A stretch of DNA of 64,000 bases from Clostridia bacterium (GTDB lineage Bacteria > Bacillota > Clostridia > Christensenellales > DTU072). The stretch covers positions 96,151 to 160,150 of the forward strand of contig JAFQOO010000010.1 of the NCBI GenBank assembly GCA_017403145.1, read 5' to 3'. Under the pieces are notes generated by a model. It was not told where the DNA came from. It ran no database searches and saw nothing but the letters and a program-made list of their open reading frames with translations. Positions 63,301 to 64,000 of the stretch are shown in pieces. Each line of letters starts with the position of its first letter. Positions within the stretch are counted from its first letter, which is position 1. The position numbers were made by a program, and so were the translations under genes.

Positions 63301-64000
63301 GTTTTCGTCGTCTTCTGCAACGATGCCTTCGTCGGTTTCTTTAGTCCAGAAATCGTTCATAAAGGCTAGGTTTGCAATTAAACCTAGTTGCAATGCAAAG
63401 TTATCGTTTACGATATCGGCAACTAGTCCGCCCAAATCGTCAACGCCTTCTATACCTAAATCAAGACCGCCGAGAACTGCGAACAATACTGCGCCCATTA
63501 TGTCGATAATGAAGCCGGTTCCGTTACCAAATACCATTCTTACGTAGGGAAGTAGTGCTTCGCTATCTACTTCTTCGTTCATAGCGTACTTGGCTAGATA
63601 TTCTTCGTCGCTCATCTTACCGCTTGCACGAAGCTCGCTGATACTTGCATTGTTTACTACTTCTTCGTCGCCTTCGTAAATTTCGTCGTCGTCTTCGTTT
63701 TCTTTATCATAGTAGTCGTCCAAATCGTCGCCACCAATCAATCCGAAGATAACGTCCATAAACTTGTCTATCTTTAGTCTTTGGATACCAAGTATACGAC
63801 CATCGATATATGCGGTACCGTCTTTATAATATATTGATATGTAGTCGACTACTTTTTCGGTATATTTTACGGTATAACCCTTTAGTTCACTTTGTTCAAC
63901 GTCGATAAATTCTCTTTCAACTTCTAGACCTATGCGGAGTAGGAACTCTATTCTAACGAGTAGCCAATTGATATCGTTAGTTGCAAGGAAGAGCATAATA
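42373..64000 (-). CDS. Giant (at least 7,207 aa) multidomain protein, probably 5'-truncated by the window: diverged long-module array, Gly-zipper hydrophobic segments, CarboxypepD_reg-like domains and an Ig-like (Big_4-type) array
   Basis: Uninterrupted frame of 21.6 kb. The codon upstream of the first ATG (63999-63997) is sense. There is no signal peptide at the apparent N-terminus. Domain motifs are listed in the findings. Confidence 0.9.
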   Translation of the reverse strand, partial: IMLFLATNDINWLLVRIEFLLRIGLEVEREFIDVEQSELKGYTVKYTEKVVDYISIYYKDGTAYIDGRILGIQRLKIDKFMDVIFGLIGGDDLDDYYDKENEDDDEIYEGDEEVVNNASISELRASGKMSDEEYLAKYAMNEEVDSEALLPYVRMVFGNGTGFIIDIMGAVLFAVLGGLDLGIEGVDDLGGLVADIVNDNFALQLGLIANLAFMNDFWTKETDEGIVAEDDENALLGLTLELANYTVGFAIMGLDVDFRDASDEMGDVNIAPEGFDKNNYAGAVDVDSIYVELYIDFDIDGDDTAKFNLDETVAGALGLLGSGGIMDTIGGLGLAPIIQLLSNVTTHYRLEIIGNINLGEIIYNMTFYKTNFAVILRDRNETVNYDGEEKFKEVLSFYHIDSCAYLNAECFNLQAVKIEDAWNFLTQDILPSFGVEHVEGGKDPNYGKEEEEVKNHGFAGYQSNFDPFVLFNLPEGATPIVGYINALISPQGLIISITSAALFGILRAIGGEAMDFSSYVEPIGELEIELGIAGPDHVLEFGLTFQGYKFAGDERVDLSTDPNVHDYEKGGKIGLSFGISNEFTMALSFGWIEDTYYKEKDGSIRVESVFVDHTMVAPQYAYVDGETLDDEGNVLYDYVKQDYVDFDHTDPVVSFGLNLYFDLGSEAITGEGLLGILTDEVYSGYDLNKEPLTSLLASLLAGMLDNTLGILLEVVGEHQISLVVEILVNLPLLNYRGIEVQLTVRRVDGNHDYKLVQVNLHNSNLYVDLTYLNGPKFSVEEVLESLLGEKDIDLGFGTGSNEDKEEGTEGEVQNAGAQNANGGAYTPINIDLGAPMLIRGIATYGLALYLTETAVNSVLGIVPLPSLKVFSDVLLQISLAPKKNSFNLGIDLELSATSTSETTMETSKVLDLGIALGDHDLNFEAYPSDKLILPQTANYLPAHDVNTIELEAGFEIKFKINDGVVDLGNLYDTILDINGPLGGMAKDTAFETLFSKDSPLATALPNLIMLGFLKGDEDSFGDTIRIDILAKAFIKGGLDGLLNKLQLKVEIYSLKDKERFYISIALFDGDLYLDLSTIGLGKIEIWELMGMFEYIMNGGNTEEGEGGEGEAQNVAITPEVEALFAETYPTWGQMLALNGEEAEEQLIGIVKILLSQDDGLLLTVTFEMINVLLMLVGLDIDLQDYLAGVLEPSVDIGMTPQSEYQVGIHLDTGKDYRDHWVIDPATGEYVIGRYLVDKDGNYVYDENGNHILGSYLYDENGEYVVDENGDRVIVTDAQDYNAGAGINFGISILGQNIKADIQNETEIYTPYGKESTLVPVISAEERSSYTKYDEMAFQIGTNLSLQLDFEDGDVSLVDLLEVVFSMLNIKLPEDLDTSIVLAGGDETLFMEINLKAGLDLKRMLSTDPEVFGSALIVDLVVRYTIIDNTTGEIYDTQKLLQVYMVDNVAYLGLEIFDTNLDIKLDEFDITAFVRDIMSDIFDMADVDQGVGGGSDVQNAPSTAPDGPARNPIIDMYQESDYAIGNFLKPIIYLNSEGFGLMVTKELIIGVGDALIEILTGLLGAADSDVEVTTEHIEGIANLLLDYASVGLFFEEGTGGVSLQINITKDSAEIETPDGNKYMSAGYAATLSLLHDSVALINTDSFNEYLDFMRNDEEMREFKEGCFSTGNLEWRLNLGIDISVSADIREYILNWSSLFQNEEDVDGNVIGAAFYIQALNDIMGDATLRIKADVALKDLDKWGIDAIVQLVKLKEPGTYAEGESDVEEEYFALYVLGSMHRDAQSYEESRLGLYLTMGAFQNYGITGIELNHQVFEEFLSLNLNAVLDSLGGTLSNTAGGIVNTLDDLIDQLYDMLGDEDKMKDENDGNSNGGVESGVQNAGEEASDEDNIYDYEEEVEEDSGMWFIGLLDSIQFTKGAISIVVAQTAIQTLLKETVGFPFDEKIGNLSVTLDNTANSLSLNLGLDYQEPIDVTKTEIANLNTTLASQESVDAVKNGLGAPSIALTGITASYNNIGTYSVFASEGYIGTSFNSEAYNVIPVGTNKEVGYLVYNTYDIYELDKNIAYGSEALRQRAIAVRTAIVNALVNAGLSSNNDIANDINILSDSTTKIAIKISENNVLLAYVLGDTSIPLNIAGIECSMLGDKLVSIVSEKAALEEIRSTYESGFLVNAEIATDDGKKPLVAEKTYLQQQVITEDKDFPLENSGTRNVFYFIYNPSDYYAIDSAYLPGTTRYLEFAKANAEKVIESISDILHKSTYVWSQNAQGVHTFHHYAAMLNVSVKVAEVLDSFGNVADYKVLMAVSSTKSMYNVGVKIHGIDIGLGQTNIFAETPLGSMMREDYLEYFSTYFKPLSEYEMEAEVTLEFKIDDTVGGLFDMSELLGTVGGLLGPGIGEMISQINMALQPIDDIAISVQLALRLYIDFGSIEPFRLQLEMTYNDKTMALITYQGGYAVDEYGIYESSTIYVDLSGLGFPSLKLEGIQLGAVLRNLISGLGASDESTDAGSNAVANAGAEVQNAGAQNEGENANDNAGASGDAIEKQEIERVYLKDYGWTERLLLLTFGADETSLAITGALAYSLISNAFKNAAISSVLGGSQILIPMFRNLQIGYSEEDGVYGLCLRLTDDTPYEKAFRIGLNIGGSFDMWADSVLEAQGKPERDSSIDAREFVEGTGEDGIVYEDIGIINKVALNLELEARVRTKDSEEKPPQLIAVQNLLQDLLGLSADTINFDVQDTVLVFSLGLTVYADLADMSNTALALTINLTGEELIGVYFIGQVNTVYVNLSGLGLFQAALNGVDVLGILNNFLGGFLGEEGINLNEMLAGILTVEDEERAALNANNALSNASAQTEAVSLSDKAQNATIDLITATDSPLLKILMSNEEIIINPNMAIVQSLLGDSMALPALSDIRLSINLYQGLNNLNLRIKLDQKGNYLNVGVQEGNFAIALGATAEQYQKQISVGDESLYGGIEGLSLGMDSAGNLAANINALSLAQGLLDVISFSDFTLYIEKRNDYFFLRNLGYGGANGTLEISALGTSYSTGPTYFSPVIRNRANESTGGLTSYDHAFVSKGGAFDWVLSIPNTSISIDVGGLLKAYEPIFFDNAYRRIRLALNKTMTNKTEIPIAQLTQVANVQGSLSNEEDWEPQGLTAFLKNNVLHLSLANILVIDLSGLINTVAGWLLETIAGAINGIAGQVVGIVWDFAGPYVSTWIADMIGDATGYGSPLRIGQILDDVLGGGAGGIPVVNLYLPTFLPTLVASLKPVEEDTNFGSLYGNVNTYNNSTGEWEPVADALVDLDGGRYTTTTDKDGNYAFINIRPARYSVKITKKGYNDLPRRGETPVYATVLRSNEYPATEANFTLSEYRETVWTNVHLRVRGEEEYEANNTALRPMVGATVYILIDGVATELGTTGADGVLQVVVPSLKGFNHAIQLKKANGQMLQSNLALELNGDGTPNSKSESNPYDVYFKTTGYHDPTVGTLSGILVTLKNDWIMDGSASEVFTLLGKDATENPTYDDAATNQINSYFNTTFDDPLAEAAGGKLYASFDRNYVEYRVYDYPSKNNVTNAIKNFVDEKLANKSGFEITEKIPSLYYHAISYDIKSIVEVRGFTTQKYVAENGGTETAYRVVLAIAKASTTPVLSGVEVWLELDGRTIRMSDDYNGGNQNTRSFKKADGTGMAQGDLYWQNNARNFLGSVQINGSQTELNDKANALNSDGTFSIPNLLLNREYNLKIRATDYTNFDVGRHTLTTQSNFYNYGEIFLEPKEIPEWIANSNATAGGLPIEGLRLRLGADLSDASSRDVVDQAQDPSDAGYTQDGIPLTQYSYLTKLGDQAVNALLDTAKGQASSAIKNAISNAIGGIGGTIVSTLAGNVLGSLFGSVSGVDTTSQYLDPMGKPVFVPWTNYVAGYEEGKEDTSDSITYIEAWISSSMINGVFDIVHNLLLGYSGYSPISKEQRYNMADLCAIPEGTDDKKVNKLQFVGEFNEEQDIMMYDYVYDTESYYRDTLYSAGSRLVGSLLGFVLNFALGSALGDNAGTIMNIVQMVLYQIDFLIDIFDQALRLLSHLLPFTYAYSMIDEQNLDGSPLKQTSVASTLWADPDAEYTYLDSEYDNQTGVYEPKLDESRPTSTISGVALDADIQTLLIKEHGHLATDVKDLISNAGILDAGDNLVGYNYKNYYNYSNLGAVIDGEDDGKVNINATFDDDGNIMTGYSRELDFIDKSVYAKITLNNAVDTLLDRITLFLNGASYSNATLGTVGKKYAHDADGNIIYDADGNPQMEIAADAYMPGATALRADTILYNREGEPVDDYYQEVEDMIQEWIRTNIVNSYVIISDYEYVADPVTGAVTSRLIGKTYVRDVYGHFDTHDFIYGDIAWAVSKNNYKGNFNWAGLATGGALYSDALESYNYSYVSRYPIKADGTLNYNNPGPFATAIEVMSAKDDRFQEIDINNTGLRMRSVSSITSEFYYSEAGGTAGMSEKVMLPPDTIVFHDPYNILDFTAYGGTWAQSTGGTRHNVNNDGTYAVTDIKKILPTRNYANFEDGNSDDSAGVEVYWDFSMLSFAPTLEGTKGYIIGYIAEETYSKDKNGAVQYIKAEVEGGIMVDPDSTLKLEEQGGRNNHQISWIIDEDNQEPVLDLPAIDPLTYNEEEYKKLLPETLVYTAKIRYLQQGVYQKFTLPGQTGETDYLLKRYVFNDLEWDLSDTVVKYDGSTAYAKLTYKYTRTYDNKDHVSLGKDAEAVTINVPIKVKNCLAVSADSITSRMTMNLVYQKGGNMVIALGRDAETLAGIDSANVTKYAEIADPIANELSKIYGAYTEFKGGNSSFRAYYDDATDVTYLVYGGVTREDFELYRDFYLNLGVDNVVVNNSNSYAYLEDGKVLYHYSGVVSDFTAELENNVLTVNPIDGVNIYNDIRSIKWISITANVTDRENQPVLDGEGNPITTKIENWKVVRVDASSIADVDLNATSHPLYKVIFYVTDAQGHEQGIEVFLNILPKKIVEHNLDATIADRDIAPFEDRNATQFVLSYEQGANMVLAFYPASVQANYSGVDVNALENDNVVEIVSVWPANKINKFGTGITAYNGGKSGIKTYTNANGTLYVVYEGVSESEFASYAQSYVDAGTLNKIRVNRMGESVDATKYLASGEINSFNLPSTIDVGYGIDVNSIFYRTTLVEGKDFYWRGEEKDDKLAYEYSAKDWTYTWTAVVGEGDNIQELPVTFTVEAREPRSVEQIVVYPYSSYYITGTNTEVYDNASVLENEQAVNYKTASGTAKIETEVYFDILNSDLANKVKGDKIVINGKEYLTNVTFVDPSFEGAWYFVDVLLHDDVFGYVTIKHVRVVLSKSTISGLNIPVQEVYLYDADNGINALLAQPGITASIYQIANNTIGTNAFEIVGWNYVDADGFKPAYTFVGEDVPQINVEIANVGWKQGKKVWSQQVTVTLTQDMLPAKEITGIATKFGEGYTISNNGDLVLTLDDPFKFELPTELEVSFKDGKTGMVPVTFDFGDKKFDFYSATEGIEGTITLGDKVNNQVTYKMIYVNDNPRNDIEVTYYVDANATEEFNDFTYDALEAFELPKYAKINVGGIPEDNVYDVTWKYIEAYGLEGGKIEAHAWIGDEVFGYIKRYEELTINAESIHNYTLPNSVSINPYAVKGIENELDKLLGLTDGCLNVTTTLGNEKALDVQYPYIPLDYRVTTTHNVDLAVGVTLDFGGVEQIVTLTEEGEIETIMDSNILEVRQNVPVMVVVESRVAVGIKTWYTDETTNITGSVYEPIDFSALGKATIVAIGQGKESTDKLIGDANSLAQLLASTGAVELESNLWPSEVFSWNSATELAKANGQIAKVYHDATRDTYYIAYRGNVDVDALLARFELSALFNKATNNSYLVAGDDVLVEVKSFDEGVTVLFSTGEEEKYDLTFDDSSVIYSFPGGTFNVKATLGSGETEQIFQFKVYLHSSYITEVGVTTAGVNKDSVVRTNESGVITELVVDPYIGFVGLPDKIMAYFDNMSSPVELDVEWNYRAILAEMTSAGGRYDASNNKSAIAIVSVKKDDGSLIVQNVEVPVTVLNRTRKSVFVSKYATTEEYEQAKLAGVVGDEFEQLQTRLTLNPYTERYSEDFNSKDFYYYKRVLIVVNSVSGEDTSANMYDKTGKELIFNLSADSYEIVDIATNRATDLKNLYTGRKVEANFSYGSTSLTAASDTRWSTSIVLTIMDMTYESGLVNSYEIDTYGIDANKATEIAPFAGISDENQMTVTHQGKFMSVSGQEFESDIVYDRTDALTIFDTYGKEAGKIGVQGGTARIYATIGNELGGYQTITIPVNYANRQIVSLFDVDEVPYAFDTTPEGAPATVHFEIDPFESYEGRNDIYPQSGSKVLFADGTIGSFSTKGNGVLVEWDDSKVIRTYSGSNTGYVTATISYNGTFEQILRYKVIVEDRTVTGFTNVLKDKDAMIQPYLYSYVDDVSASVVADYFRTKEAFVVEFGNMSNRDCWKNKTITFTIGALASANSASVEQGSKFVITESEMNLKMGFILDGARGLGHKGKDARFYITIPGFGLGAKGQQLARFDVPVAESYVHGVRFFNENKAGAEGNEDNPDYYDLDYYEWLQQVDPDAFGTDDGDAIVRFETQYGSYYLDSYYVDNPYYFISKGGIPVPTQALVYVGPKMDDAQAQYETIDNATYAFLSDTSWDNVVNNRTRIKYNELDHTTAFQLDLDGQVYNFKFHLSDEWTLDTQKEEDVLFLEGYAYGKEEVILMPGNETVRDANILSVSTEGNIEIVAGTGIYRNDVYTITFTSGEDARTFSFTGVAGGGSFRDNYMKWNFDMVNWNAPSTVMQYATMTLGGKGGQTVKWGFYVNSAKALVNNTVPTMYAMQMEETITLDSTYKQLFSGSTLNQARKIPLHYSTGMSSYYSVGGSANDTYPLGVKRVEGEEYKVVAEKHTPSYHYSFNDGGDQKVSDGSGYVSYITWDATKYRAYPKPNKSVGGKIVFAVYRDPIIQDATPVRDAGGGSGPYDNLKDFGAYIYHPDAMFGYSEIRPLVPDTWTYPMNMSALGAVTVTGDSSVTMPKNATSYKVTYNNNRFQQTAVPVISVAINSTFDLRNLPTIAVTESRPTVEYNPGGFMGVFESQTMAGFEYDLMYLIPWQNAKVYYTNSKEDPNKWNPLNGTYGSLVNGGFGAITTERSRQNGRYTLVTEMAFSDSNKLTLFCSIDIV

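Noticed and set aside
55380-63700. Junction motifs interpreted as N-glycosylation sequons (NNAS, SNAS, QNAT).
   Set aside because: Most copies read QNAG, QNVA or QNAP and lack Ser/Thr at +2, so a sequon does not explain the conserved feature.
1-64000. Search for CRISPR arrays, tRNA/rRNA genes, IS elements, integrases, prophage or defence-system genes, and invertible promoter switches.
   Set aside because: I saw none. All intergenic regions longer than 70 bp are accounted for by promoters, terminators or the leaders described, and no recombinase or reverse transcriptase gene is present.

Overview
AT-rich chromosomal segment that looks like a spore-forming, low-GC Firmicutes/Clostridia-type bacterium. 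This is inferred from spoIIE, an AddAB-type recombinase, AGGAGG-type SD sites and sigma-A-like promoters. I support about 24 protein genes plus one candidate micro-ORF, and I saw no rRNA, tRNA, CRISPR array, transposase, integrase or phage gene. Bases 1-35,000 hold ordinary housekeeping and transport genes: a CX5R phosphatase, a PHP metallohydrolase, two coupled U32 peptidase-family genes, an S58 aminopeptidase, a metallophosphoesterase, a CPA2 antiporter with a small P-II-like partner, a two-subunit Fe-S hydro-lyase, ClC, an HTH-cupin-acyl-CoA synthetase fusion, a GPH symporter, CorA, a single-ORF AddB-AddA fusion, SpoIIE, signal peptidase I, a Ca-type P-type ATPase and GH20. The right 28 kb is the unusual part. 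It holds one uninterrupted minus-strand ORF of at least 7,207 codons (42373 to the window edge, probably 5'-truncated). Its N-terminal ~2,850 aa form at least 8 highly diverged long modules, each closed by a conserved strand motif, an acidic/Gly linker and a recurring V-Q-N-A-G-type junction. These are followed by glycine-zipper hydrophobic segments, CarboxypepD_reg-like sandwiches and a long Ig-like array. Directly downstream is a separately promoted operon. It starts with a 2,110-aa secreted M6-type metalloprotease/RCC1/Ig-repeat protein ending in a dockerin, translationally coupled to a lipoprotein whose C-terminal half looks cohesin-like. Smaller items worth a look: a terminator/antiterminator leader upstream of corA, an Ile-rich 37-aa micro-ORF with its own promoter, two apparently leaderless mRNAs, and several promoter-overlapping palindromes. 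All family calls come from motifs read by eye; no database search was possible.
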